Shown piece by piece: positions 22,301 through 48,757 of a DNA stretch of 64,000 nt. Below the pieces are notes generated by a model. It saw nothing but the letters and a program-made list of their open reading frames with translations, was not told where the DNA came from and did no database searches. Position numbers and translations under genes: made by a program. Position 1 is the first letter of the stretch. Every line of letters begins with the position of its first letter. The stretch is from positions 6,138,001-6,202,000 of the forward strand of contig CM022672.1 of NCBI GenBank assembly GCA_012295275.1, given 5' to 3'. Source of the stretch: Chrysomallon squamiferum (lineage: Eukaryota > Animalia > Mollusca).

Positions 22301-25300
22301 GTTTGTTTATTCAAATGAGCACCTGTCCTTAGAAATATTTTCTTCATTGTTCTTTTCGTGTCTTTTAACCAAATAACATTTTCTTAATTTTAACAATTGC
22401 GTTTCCCATTCTTGTTATCGGATTTCGGAATTTGAAGAAAATGAACTGATTCCACAATGCCGTTTGTACCATTAGTAACAGATATAATGTCTTGATTAGA
22501 GAAATCTTTGATTTCTAGCAGATACTCGTTGATTGGAAGTAGATTGCTTTGTGGACTGTGAATGATTTTGTGTTATTGTTTCGCAATGTGCGGGCACCTG
22601 CGAAGTTAAGCAAAAAGTAACCTTTATTTTGTTTCTGAAACGAAGCCAGTTTTTCGATTCTACGTTGATTGACTTAACGATAAACCTTACACACTTTTTA
22701 TTTCTTTTATTTTTCTTTCTTTTTTGTTTTTTTTTTTTTTTCTTTTTTTTTTTTCACTTTTATGTTATTGTTTATCTTTTTCCAATAATAATAACACCAA
22801 CAACAATAACAAAAAAATAACTACTATTAAATGTTTAATACTAATAAAACAGTAGAAGTAATATATTTATTTATTATAAATTATTTCACATACATTTCCC
22901 AGATTTTCAAGAATCTTTTCCAATACGGAACAAGACTTTAATGAATAAAATGAAAAATTGCTTGTAATATCTCAAACGAAAATAAATAAAACAAAACGAA
23001 ACTAAAATCTTTTTATCACAACACTTTCATGGTGAAAACTGTTCTATACACTGGACTGAAATCTACACAATCTACAACTGCGTTAGGTTTATCAACTGTT
23101 CTATCTAAATTTGTAAGTAATATGTATGTAAAAGATCTCCACTAGGGCGAATTTAATTTCTGTATCAGTGCCGTGGTCCGTGTGTATTTGGTAAGCCAGT
23201 CGCTTTTACTGCTTGTCCAAACATACTAATCCTAAGCGCCATCATTGTCCAATAATTGTTGCGAGATCGGATGGCCCGGTTTGTAAAAAGGACGATCCTA
23301 ATCGACGTCGCCGGAGAATTTATATTGAAACTGAAACGCGTATGAAGCACCTTTCAGCCTTTCACTGAACAGCACTGTATAAATATACTTTATAATACGA
23401 CCTTTGGAAGATACAGGTAAACCTGCATATTACGAACAGTCGTTTAGGTTTAGTTTATCAGTTTTAAAAAAGGCCGCTCTTCAGTATGAATTGTAAGAGC
23501 AAGTGACGTTTATTGCGAAATAAAGTATTAGATTTATTTGATTTGTTTTATAGTGTATCTAACAAACGCTGTTCATAAATGTATATCGTGTAATAAAAAA
23601 AACAAATGGAAAATATGTTATACTAATTATGCTATACGTAAGTTTAATATAACTGTTTTATGTCCCATCTGTACTTCCATACTTTTTCAATATAATAAAA
23701 CATTTTTCTGTTTGGCTCGCCGTACTTTCTCCATGGTAAATTGTCGAAACTGCTTCGATTACCGAACGTACGCCCAATATAAGCGTGGATTAATTTCTCC
23801 AGTATCGAGGATGATCTTGTCTGTTTACCCAGCATGCGTCGCGCGTCTCTCAGCTTCCACAGCCTCGGTCGTTTCCGCCGCATCTCCGTCTCCGCTGTTG
23901 ACGTTGAATTAAAATTTAGCACGTTCGACAAATAAGCGTGAAAAAATGGACTTTTCGCCAGTCAATGAACATTTTGTTACAGCCAAACCAGCCTTCTATT
24001 TTCATGGAGAACAAATATTATGTACAATTACTTTTCCTTAGCTTATATCTGGCAGTGGTCTTAGAGACTGGTGGTCTTGTTTCAATATTAGACTTGGAGA
24101 TCGTCTCCCGCGGGTTTGAGAAGAGTCAACACAGTGTACAGACATCGGAGACGAATCAATAAGAATCAGGGGTGGTCCGTCTAACCCGCCCACCTCCTTA
24201 CAGACAGAATGGACAGCACGTATTCCTCTCACACTTTGTGTATATGATGTTGTACAACCTGTGTATGGTTTCATCAGCATCATGAATGTGGCAAATGAAC
24301 TTTTTTGTTTTAAAATCACTACTTGAAACTTTAAATGGTGTTATTGCTTCTGTTATTATCTTTATTTTTTGTTTTGTTCTTAATATCTGCTGTCGTCACA
24401 GAAATATTCAAACTTTCTTTTTTTTCTTATATATATATATATAATTATTATATTATAAATTATTTACTTAGTGATTTATTTTTGCATTAAATTACGTAAA
24501 CGTTTTCTCTTGTTGAAAAAGCATTTGCTAAAGGTTTTTATTAGTAAGATTCTATATTCTATAATCTTACATATTTTTATCATATACTTTATTCTTTTTT
24601 TTTTTTTTTTTTTTTTTCTCCAAATTTTAATGTCCCTACATGACAAAAATCTGTGTACCAATATCACTTCCAAATGCTAATTTTTATTGCTTGTTCTTAC
24701 GTTAAGAATTACTATTAATACTCTGAAAGGTCAATTCTACAATTACGATGTAACGCGCAAGACCTTTCCACTTAAGGCCACGGGTTTATCCAAATACCAC
24801 TTGTTCGACGAATAATGGCAACAGCTCCTCCGCAAAATTTTGTCATATTAATTATGAAAATAGATATTTCAACCAGAAATCATTAAACTGGATGCAAACC
24901 CGTGTTGTCAATGGATACTGCCATGATGGCGGAAACCATTCAGCGTCCCATCTGTTTGGCGAATGAATACTTTCGGCAACACTTTTCTAAATAATTTGTA
25001 CCGCTGCCGCTCCAATATTCAACGGATATGATTTAATGGTGTCGGTATGTCAAGGCACAAACAACCTGGGCGCATGTTCATATATTTATAGCTTCCTCGC
25101 GTACAAAAGCCAGGTAGCTGATCAAACTTGTCGCGGCTCTAATAGGCCGGAGTGATAGTTATTGCCCAGTCCGCCGTACGCTTGTTATCGTTGTCGCCTC
25201 GACCCGGAGTCATTAGGCTGTGAAATTATTGCTGGTAAATTCTGTGCACTACGGCTCATTTCTTAAAAGGACCACTATCGGTTCATTGATTGCCTTTAAA

Positions 25301-26880
25301 AGAAGGTGCTTTCTCTTTCACTGGCTTCGTATTGTTTTCGTCACATATCGCACTATTCCGGACTTTGTCGCAGGTAATCGACTGATAGGGAGCGCGTGTC
25401 GCGAGCGCAGACCATATGCTGCAATGATTATGCGATTCCTCCCAGCGCCCAGCGAAAATTGGGCCGCACGGAGCTGCACGTGCGGAGTCGAGGTGTTTTA
25501 ATTTATGGCGCTCAAAAACACACGTGCGCTGTTTTGTGGGCGAAAAATTTCAAAATGGCGCGATGCTCAAGTGAAAAGAGTAAGAACATTTGGCCAGGCA
25601 GAAATAGGTTTTTGTCTCTTTTGTGTACAACACGAGCTTGTTTTGATAAAAATCATTCATCACATCTTTTGCGAACAACATCATTTAATTTATAATCTTA
25701 ACTGAGCTGCAGCAATATTTAGGTACTTTTTTTTTTTTTTTTCTCCTTTGGGTTATTAATGGATGTTAATACCTATAATTTACTGGTGAACAACACAAAA
25801 CGAATCGTTTCCAGTGCACCGTGACAGTCCATCAGTTACATTATTCGCGGTGAAGAAGTAATTTTCATAGCTTTCTCTTCACCAGAATAATTGTTTAGAC
25901 AACCGTAATGTAGGCTTCATTTATTTAATAAGCCATGTACAGTATTATATTAAGTTTTTACGGAGAAAGGGAATGATTTTATTTTGTGAGTGGTGATGTT
26001 GTTCAATATTTTAAAATCTGAATTAAACAAACGTTATTATGAACAACTAATATTTATTATATTACATGATTTTTTATTATTTTTCATTGTAATATGTTAT
26101 ATCGCACTGTATTGTATTGTACTGTTTTGTATTGTTTTATTTTATATTATATGTTCTGTGTTGTATTGCAGTATTATTGTATTATTCATTAACTGACCAT
26201 ATCAGTTATTAAATTGAGAGCTGTTATATCACCATCCAGCTAAAAATTGTTATAATGATCATGCAAAAAAAAAAAAAAAAAAGATACATTTAATGTAGGG
26301 AAGAAAATTCACACAACTGATAAAACCCATTCAAAAACACAACGACGCTAATACTGAAAGTTATTTATCTCATAAGTTTTTTTCTGCTTTCTTATTTTAA
26401 TATGTTAAGATTTGCAAGATCATTTAACAATTTGAACGCAACAGGGCTGTATGTGAGTCATCACGTATTATATTTACTTTTAAACATAATCTACGGAATT
26501 AACGCGATGATATTTCAGCAAATCGAGACTATAACTACGTAGAGTATTTTTCCTAGAAAAAAAGAAAAAAGAGAAAAGAAAAATGAAAGAGGATCTTTCC
26601 GAGACGTTATTCTGTTATGCCACGTATACCCCATGGCCTCGCTAACCCTTGCCTCGACAATTTCAAAATGTAAATGTGTACAAATATTTTCCAACCAAAA
26701 GTATTACATCGAGTTACCAACATCTCGCGACCCGAGACACGATTTTCGTGTTTATACTGGCGAAAGCGGTGCTTCGAGTTTCACCTCGGCGTATCAAATT
26801 ATTTAATTTGAAATCTTAGTTTAATAGGCGCTAGTCTCGCTTGCAGAGTCGCGTGCTCGGTCGCAGGCTTAAAGAGATAG

Positions 26881-26920
26881 CTTTGTAAAAGATATTTTCT
26901 TCTTTGTAAAAGATATTTTC
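26881..26920. repeat. 21-bp-period tandem duplication
   Basis: CTTTGTAAAAGATATTTTC repeated twice. Confidence 0.85.
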
Positions 26921-27389
26921 ACAGGCCTGAAAAAAAAGCATTTGAATACGGAGCGTCGAACATGTATCTGGATGGTTAGCAGAAATAAGATTAATCTTAG
27001 GGCTGCCTTTGACTGCTGAAGATCGTCAAACATCGTGTCAAATGTTCGTGTTTATCGAACGATTCTCGTGTCGTCCGTCTACGTGCCTCATCGCCCGTTT
27101 CCGTGAATGGCTTGGGCAGGGTGCATGTGCCCATGAATTGATTCGCCATGATACGATAAACTTCACATTAAATAGAAGATACATCCCATAACTGAAAACT
27201 AATCTGTCATTGTGGACAGCTTTCGCCTCCGTGACCTCTGACCTAGCGGAGCAATCCCAGTGTTCGTGGCGGGCCACCATCGATTAAAAATATATATATA
27301 TTAAAAAATTAATATTTATAATTAATAAAAAAACAAACAATATTATTGCAGATTTTGTACAAAAATAATATTAGGGACTATTCTCGGTG

Positions 27390-27482
<93 letters not shown>

Positions 27483-27885
27483 ATGTGTCTGTGTGTTTCA
27501 TTTTCCAAAAATGAAGATTTTATCATAATAAATAATAGATTTTTGATTAAAAACAAAAAGAGCTAAAATGTTTAATTTTATTTTTTCATTTTATTATTTT
27601 TTATTATTTATTTTATTTTATTTTATTTTTTATTTTTTTTTTTTTTTTAATCTTTTTTTATTATAACATTTTTTGTGATTTTTTATTATTATTACTATTA
27701 TTATTATTTATGATGTTGTTGATTATTTGGGGTATTTATTTATTTATTGATGTTCGTGTTCTGATATTGCTGTGACTGGAGTTATTAACTATAACAATAC
27801 TTTTTAACATAATTTATCTAATTTTCAGTTTTATCTAAGGCATCTGACTGCATTATTAACGCTATTTTCTAATTCATTTCATCAA

Positions 27886-27947
27886 ATTCAGCTTTATCAT
27901 CATCATCAACATCACTATTCAGCTTTATCATCATCATCAACATCACT
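27886..27947. repeat. 31-bp perfect tandem duplication
   Basis: ATTCAGCTTTATCATCATCATCAACATCACT x2, starting at 27886 and 27917. Confidence 0.9.
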
Positions 27948-30741
27948 GTTGTTGTTGTTATTGTTGTTGCCACTGCTGCAGTTGCTGCTGCTGCTGCTGA
28001 TCATGATGATGATAACTGTGATGATTTATGTTATTTCTTTATTCATCTGATATGCAATAAATCCATTGTTTTCGGAAGAAGACAAAAAAAAAATGAAACC
28101 ACTAAAACAAACACAGCCGTAAAACCACAGCCATTAACGATATGTATAATATTTTACTCATAATTACAGTATTTGTCATTAAAGTAATGGCTTAACAGAG
28201 GCTACAAAAACATGGGTGTTTTTTCATTAAAAATAATATCCTATTAAAGCCATCTGTTCTTTTGACTTTATAACAAAACAAGGCATGAATTGACTTTAAT
28301 TATTAATTCATTGCCAATTGGTGTGTGTCTTATCATCATATGGTCACGATATTGTTATTATTTGAAACCACGCTTAAGAGAGAACAGGTACAAGTTAGGA
28401 CTTTAATAAACTAAATGCATCCTCAAATGCGACCATATGTTGCTGTCTGCTTTGGGAATAGAGAAACGATAGTAAAACAAACTGCATGGCATCGAAATGG
28501 TTGCAGAAAGTTTTAATTGTATTTCGCTTCTGTTTTTCCTCTTCTTTTTTTTCTTTTTTTATGTGCACGTAGTCTCTAAAGCAACAATTACTGCTAACGA
28601 ATATCGACGTTTTTACAAGTTAAAACAAAAATTTGATTATTTCATCATGATAACGACAGATGGCTGTATGAAAGCGTAATTTTATACATTTCATTTTCGT
28701 TTGTGATTTTACTGCAAAAGAATTTTGTCTGAGAAAAATTAGTGTTACAACGAAACCTCGGTGTATTTTAATGCTAACGGTTATTAGATCGTACGTTTGT
28801 TATAATGATGATACGAGAGAGAGGAAAGTTGCGATCGCTAATTTTATTAACCGAAAATGGAGCCCCTCGCTGGAATGGGGAAGTAACACAATGGATGGGC
28901 TAGTGAGGATTATCCTGTGATTTATTACGTATTTTATTTTTAATTTCTTTCTTTTTATAGTTACTTATACCTTATTTCTTTCTGCTGTTATATTATTTAT
29001 GTTTTGTTTTCGTTTTGTTTCGTTTTTTTTATTTGTTTGATTTCTTTTTGTAGGTTTTCTGGGGTGGGGTAATTTATTTATTATTATGTTATATTATATA
29101 TTATTATTATTTATTTATTTATTTATTATTATTATTATTAAAATTTCAGAAATAATCACTCAGTTGAAAAGTGTTCAGTGAAAGTTAACTTAAATGAATA
29201 TTTATTAACTTGAAAACGAGTTCAAATTTAAAGGTGCATGACGACACTAATTAAACTTGTCGCAGTTTAAATTAAACAGTGTCGCAGTGACGTGGAGAGA
29301 AATGTTACGGAAGTTCTTTTCCAGGGCAGCCATGATTATGTTTATTCATTTCTTTATTTCTGCTAAGAATAACTTTTGTAGCTGACATACGACTTCTGAT
29401 TTAATAATTTTAACTTTAATTCGATATTCTTTATAACGTGTTAACGCATTCCTCTGTCAAACATTTATCTGCAGCTGCGTGATTCGGCAAACACATTTCT
29501 AATCCATTGTTACGTATTATCGTTAATTACCCCAGGGACGTCGCAAAGGCGACTTTTTATGAAAGCACCGCATTGGCGGAAGTGTCGTGACAGACGAAAT
29601 TGTTCAACAGCATCTAATCAATTATGGGAAATAAACGAGCAATCAACGACACTCGAGAGGTTTTACCAATAAAACGGAACGCTGGCTGGAGTATCGGAAA
29701 TGGTGTGTGCGGTGCAGAACTGCCGCTTTAAAAGTGGTCACTCTTTTAATCAAGCAAGTGGCGGAACACTGGGGAGTCGAATAATAAATAATAGGTCACG
29801 TTTGGTTCCTACGCCATGTCGTTTTAGGAAAATTACCCCGATCTCGAGAGATTCGCTTTATATTAATGAATCCACTTCGCTTCTGTCCGTGCGTACGACT
29901 GAAAATATAAGCAGTTTTTAGCCGCTTGCAGGCTGAATATCAGAAGAAAAACATAACAGATTTTGTTGTTGGTTTTTTTCCTTGTAAAAATGCAGTTTGA
30001 AAAATATAAGTCTCATTGTACATCGAGAATCAAGGGATACTTCTTGTATGGCACCTAACAGATAATGTAACTCTGAGTTCAGATGCCTTGAAACAGTCAT
30101 TCATTCTGTTTAAATGAAGAGAATATGACTTTATGTTAATATAAATAGTGCAACGTTTTAAAACCGCTCCATCAGTAAACCGGAATTGCCCCAAAACCGA
30201 ACGAATTCTGCAATTCCGTAACATGTCAAGCACTTAACTGTAATACCTCAGCAAACAAAACACCACTCGAAAGCGAATGTTGGTTTTTGGGGGGAGGGGT
30301 TATGACAGGGTGGGGTTTTTTGGGGGGGGTTCTCCCGATGTGGTTGATTTTCGAGAAGTTTCACTTTGTTAAGGAAGATTTGTATCGCCGTCGTGAAAAT
30401 GTCCTAAAACGAAAGTCGTTACTTTAAAATGAATTGCGACTTTAAATTATCTGATCGATATATCGTATTATTTAATATACAGTCTGTAGTGGTCATGTTA
30501 CTGAATCAAATTACTGTTTTATAGTACAAAGCTTTAGAATATAGATTATTAAAAGAAACGACAATTGGCAGGCGTGTTCAAACGACTTCTCGTTTTAGTT
30601 CACAGCGTTGTGGTAGTCTTAAGCAAGATGAAGATTTATTTAAATACAAAAATGAGAACAGAATTATATTTTTAGAACTTTTTTATTTCAACAGTGTATG
30701 TCTTGGTTAAAATTAATAATCTGAAGTATATCATTTCCCCC

Positions 30742-30784
<43 letters not shown>

Positions 30785-31429
30785 AAGAAGAAGAAGAAGA
30801 GTTTTTAGTGGAATGACAAAATAAAGTGCCGAATGGTAAGAGATCTCGATGAAAGACGTGGAATAAACCGCCAAACAAGGTTGTATCTTGAAATAACACT
30901 CGGCAAATTACTTGTCTTGCCGTCACTTGCGCGAACACTTTTCGAACACATGATATGTTGAGTGAACAATCATATCCTATTTATCTTCGATGAAGAGACA
31001 GAGTGGGTGAAAAGTGAATCGTGAAACGAGCTAATCGACTTTCTTCAACCGTGAGCGACATTTCCAAAGCTAAGCTCTTGGTTAGTTTGCCCTTTGCTTG
31101 GAGAATCAACACGAAATGGATCACTCATTGAGATAACGTGTTTACGCTCGTGACATGGGTGCGCAGCAAATGGTGGAAAATACTCAAGAACGAAACGGGA
31201 TCTGCCAATCAGTTCAATTAGTGTTATTTGTAATTCGTGACACGAAACTAATAATAAATAAAAAACTTCTAAATTATTAAAGTTTGAAGCAAACATAAGA
31301 TGAGAAAATGTTTGTACGAGAATTCTGGGGAAAGAGAGAGAGAGTTAAATAGTGGATCAAGAAATATGAAGGGAAAAAAAAGTGTCATTTTTGTTATTCG
31401 TAGATCTACTACTGTCTTAAACTTTGAAA

Positions 31430-31506
<77 letters not shown>

Positions 31507-31929
31507 AATTTATGGGATATTAACTTTTTCTAAATATTACACTTTTAAATTTTAAAAATTTTATAATTTTTTTTTCATATTTTCTTTCATTCATTCATTA
31601 TTTTTGTATTATTATTATTATTATTATTTATTTATTTTTTATTTTTATTTATTTATTTATCTGCAATCAAATATTTTCAAGGACTGTAATGCTGCTGATA
31701 ATATTTAAAATCCCGGGTGAGAAATGAAGCCGATGGCAAATACAAAATATTTTAATTAAATCACAAAGACTGTACCACATTGCTGTGTGATTTATCTTTC
31801 ATACATCGAATTTCGTGACAGAAAAACAGAGCGTGGTCTTAAGAAAAAACGAAAAAGAAAAAACATTGTTCTCAATCTTTCCCTTTAAATGGTAGTAATA
31901 TGTTAATTTCCATGCGACATTTTTGTGTT

Positions 31930-31960
<31 letters not shown>

Positions 31961-32685
31961 TTTTTTGTTTTTTGTTGTTGTTGTTGTTGTTGTTGTTTGT
32001 ATGTCTATAATTAATCACAAGACTTCAATGCATATCTAAATGCTTTTTTTTTTTTTTTCCATTACGAATAAAACCCATCTATATAGAACTGATTCATTTT
32101 AATTAAGTAACTAGCAAGTGAACTAAACAACATAATCTTTCTTATGTTTAATACATTACAGTTACTTTCACTTACATTTTTTAGAATGACTAATATAATA
32201 CAATTTGTAGTAACTCAGTCTGAGTGATCTTTTTGTAACATTAAAATAGCAAATGAAACGCGTAATTTCTGTCATTTTAAATAATAATCATCTTAGAAAT
32301 AGCAGCTACTACCACTAATGCTAATACTAACACTTACACTAATAGACTTAATGTTGTTGTAGTTGTTGATTTTCTGTGTGACAGGGAGATAACGCTATTT
32401 TATTATAATCTTATTTTCTTTTTTTTTTCCTATTGAAATGTTTCGCCAAAAGAATTTTGCGGCTGTGTTTTCGTCAACGATAGGCCACTGATTTTTATCG
32501 TCGTTATGTTATTATTACTACTACAACTACTGTTACTACTACCACTACCACTACAAATACTACTGCTAATATATGAGTGTTGGTTTTTTTGTTGGTTTTT
32601 TTAAAAACATAAACCGATTAATAAATAATTAATAAAATAGTAAAAAGAAGAAGAACAATACAAAAACAATAATGAAGAAATCAGA

Positions 32686-32691
32686 TTTATT
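32686..32691 (-). terminator. Candidate polyadenylation signal of the SRCR-YWTD gene
   Basis: AATAAA on the minus strand ~55 nt past the TAG. Confidence 0.45.
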
Positions 32692-32744
32692 TATAAACGT
32701 ATCAGAGAGCTGGTGAATGTTATGAATAAAACAGTCTAAGATGG

Positions 32745-45034
<12,290 letters not shown>

Positions 45035-45715
45035 TTTCTCTGCTTGCCAGGGTAAAACTATTAAATTAAAATCAAACGCAAATCAAATATAAATAGACTG
45101 ACATCTGTTTGTTTCTCTGTCAGCGGCGGACCCAGTCATATTAAGATCCTTGTTTTGGCTTGTATAATGATAACATGAAATTCACGTAACTGATGATATT
45201 GCACATGTAATTATTTATAAGCGAAGCATATCAGGAGCAGCTGGGTTAATCCTAACCATTGTTTTAGCTGCTTAGTTTCATTTTTCAGGGTTGGTGTAGA
45301 ACTTTCGTATCTTAAGTAAAAGTAAATCTATTAAAAAATCTATACAAAAAGACTTTTTCTTCATAAAGTACTACAACAGTGGAGATTAATTTTAGAACAA
45401 ATCAGCAGACGAGAGTTCCCCCTTACAAATATAGCTAGATCTGGACCTGCTAATTGTTTTATCATTGGGTTTTTTTTTTTTTTTTGGTTTTTTAAATACT
45501 TGTTTTTGTTTATCTTTTAACACTTGCCATTTCACATCCTGTTTTATTTATCACAGCAAAGATGGTTGTTTTCGGTGCAACAAGAAAATAAACAAAAACA
45601 AAAAATGAAGAAAAACACAACGCAGTATTTTTTTAATTTCTATTAATTTTATAAGCAACTTACTTATTCAGAAATCAAACCCACATGAAAGAGATATATA
45701 GTCCTTGTACGTTTT

Positions 45716-45749
<34 letters not shown>

Positions 45750-48296
45750 TATTCATATTTGTATATTTGTCTGTTTGTATGTTTGTGTACGTATTTTAGG
45801 ATTTTGAATATTCTCTGTCTTATGTACGTCTGAATAGACTCTGCACTTAGACAATATTCGGGAACGCACTGGCGCAGGAGGACAAAGTCCAATCACGACT
45901 TCACAAACCCGTCAGATGTCGCTGACGAGACTCGAACGTATGACACCAATTCGCCCTCATATGTATGTATGTGTTAATGAATGTGCGCTTGTTAAAGGTC
46001 AGATTATATACTGTTTTAAAGTAATTAGTGGGGAGTAAATGCTAGCACGGTAGATTAAGATGACTGCCTCCTATTGGGAGCTTTTGTTAGCACTGGGAAC
46101 TGTATGGACATGTGACATGACCATGTATGGCAACTGCTGCCTGAAATTTAAGCTGGGAGGACATCCTCAGAGAACAAAGATTGCACTCTGACCTGGGACA
46201 CTGCAGGACCTTAAACAATTGCTAGTGAAGGTGACGACATTGGTCGGGTTGGGGGTTGTATTGGTTTGATGTTTTTAGTTTTGTAGAATTTTTATTGTGA
46301 TTTGTTTTATGAACCGGGTCACTTTGTCCTCCTTGGAGACGCTAGAGTTACCATTCTGTAAATGTTAACACTGCTATTCCGGGAATTAATTAATTTGTTT
46401 GTTATTCCTTAGATAGTGATATGTATTACTATATATATATATTATATCAGCCTATCGGTGTCATTGTATTCGCTTGCCTTGCGTCTCCCCCCCCCCCCCC
46501 ACCTCATTACAGTAGTATAAAACTTTATAATCGTTATTAATGTACACAATGCTCCCGGGAAGACGTACCAACAGCTTTCAGTTCTCACGTTGTGTTTTGT
46601 CTGGTCATTACGATAAGAGGTTTTATCTATGATACAATATGAATATATAATGTTTCAGTGTTATCTGACTGCGTTCGGTATACAAACCATTCTAATAACG
46701 TTTAAATTTTTCTTTAAAAAAATCTGTGTACTCTGTTATTATTAATATGGACAGTCAGAAAAGTAACAAGTTTAATATGCACATACATTCGTACATGCAA
46801 GCATAATGACATAATAACATACTAAAATTTCTTTTGACTAATATACTAGTAGCAATCTCTCATTACATGTGAGTACTGAACATAGGTTTCTGTTTTGTCA
46901 AAACTGCAGATTTTGTTAAACATTTAAATGTATTAAAAACGTCAGTCCATTATTACTGTCTAATATAATTTAAAAAAAAAAAAAATGACAGTGTTGTGTT
47001 GGTTAAATAACTGTTTCATTTCTGCAAAATGTATCAAACTTTTTTCTTTCTTTCTTTTTTTACTATTATTTCAAAAATTGAGTATCAAATACACCATTTT
47101 ATTATTTAATATTTTTGTTATTATTCATTTCTTTTTTTTACTTTGTGATTAGAAATATATGGATTTGGGGTTTTATGTCATTTTTGTTTCTGCTGCATAG
47201 GAAAACAAAAGTTCATATCCTCTTGAAAATTATAATAATAAAAATAATATAAAATAATAATAATAATAAATTGACAACTGTCTTTTGTGTCTGTTCCTTT
47301 ATTTTTCTTTCTTATTTTTATTTTATTTTATTTATTTTTTTTGGGGGGGGGGTTAAATGTTATTTGTTGTGTTAGTAGTGGCAGCGGTGGTGGTGGTGGT
47401 AGTAGTAGTGTTATCACCAGCAGCAGCATTAGTGGTTTTAATAATAGTAGAAGTAATAGTAGCAGCAGTACTAGTAGTATTAGCAGGAGTAACAATAATA
47501 ATAAGAATAACAAAGTGGCAAACTATTAGCAACAACTGGCTTACAGTCAAATCCAAAAGTAAAATTATATATATGGATTATAGATTTAAGCCATTATTTT
47601 GTTATTAGATAGTTATTTTTGAAAAACAACAACGATAATAATAACCACAAAAACAATAAAACCATCTTTTATAAAAATAAAAAAATTAAAATAAATAAAA
47701 ACTGTAACTAATTCAGTACATGTGGAGTGTTGTCTTCATTCTGACCCTTAAATTACATAAAACATTTAATAACATTCATAAATGGTTCTTCCATTTAAAA
47801 TACAAAACGTATTATTCGCAGATACTATTGTAATTATGAGCCTTGTCTGAAGACGTCTGGTCACATGATCAATTCACTGTGCTACCGCTTTGCGGTATTT
47901 CCTAATCCAGTCTGTGCTCCGTGGATGTTTTAATAAAGATAGGTGTTTCACTGTTTGTGGGAGGGAACTTTTTGCTCATTTAAAAAATATAAAAGAAAAA
48001 AAGAAAATAGCCCGTGGGATGAGCGCAGAAACTTTTATCACATTATGATGACTGTCGCAAGCCACACCAGGAAATGTACATTTTGACTGTTAATATTTAG
48101 ATTTCATGGATAATCAGCGAATAGATAAAATTATATTGCGATAAAAAGATCATAATAACTGAATTATTCCGATTTTATCATTATCTGCTAAGACTTTTTT
48201 CAGGAAATCGTTTTCTTCTTTTCGTTATAGAACCGACCGTTACAGCAAGTGCGGATCGTGCTGCAAATAGGAGGAAATTCCTGAGCAGCAAATAAA

Positions 48297-48690
48297 ATGG
48301 AAACTTCTAGTTCGACGTGTCGATCATCGATAAAAATCAGATCTTTTTCCTTTTTAGCTATTATTGCTATAATTTGTAGTCTAGATTTTTGCATTAGAAG
48401 AAACACAGCCGAAAATGAATATGATTTCTTTTTGCCAACTGTAACAATAGCATTCCTAGTCAGAAACAAAGCCCATTCATTACCCTGCTTTTTAGGATCC
48501 ATTGAAAAGTTGAATTATCCAAAGAATCGCATATCTATATGGTAAAACTTTCGTTTGTTAACTTTTAACACATGTGGGCGTGTATTTGTGTGTGATTGAG
48601 AGAGTGAATAAAAGTATAAGAGTACTCGGAGAAAAGTTAATCTTTCTACCTGAAAATGAAGTTTGCACACATCTAAACTTTTTTTGTTTG

Positions 48691-48757
<67 letters not shown>

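Noticed and set aside
23538-23931. Overlapping ORFs 23538-23912 (+) and 23644-23931 (-)
   Set aside because: No recognisable domain and no convincing splice partners. Likely chance ORFs in a GC-richer island.
45915-45945. CTGACGAG-ACT-CGAAC resembling a minimal hammerhead ribozyme core
   Set aside because: It lacks the invariant GAAA (reads GAAC) and I could not form stems I and III. It is better explained as a reverse-strand B-box-like word.
46060-46191. 43-codon Cys-containing ORF (MTASYWELLLALG...)
   Set aside because: It is short, with no supporting promoter, splice or family evidence.
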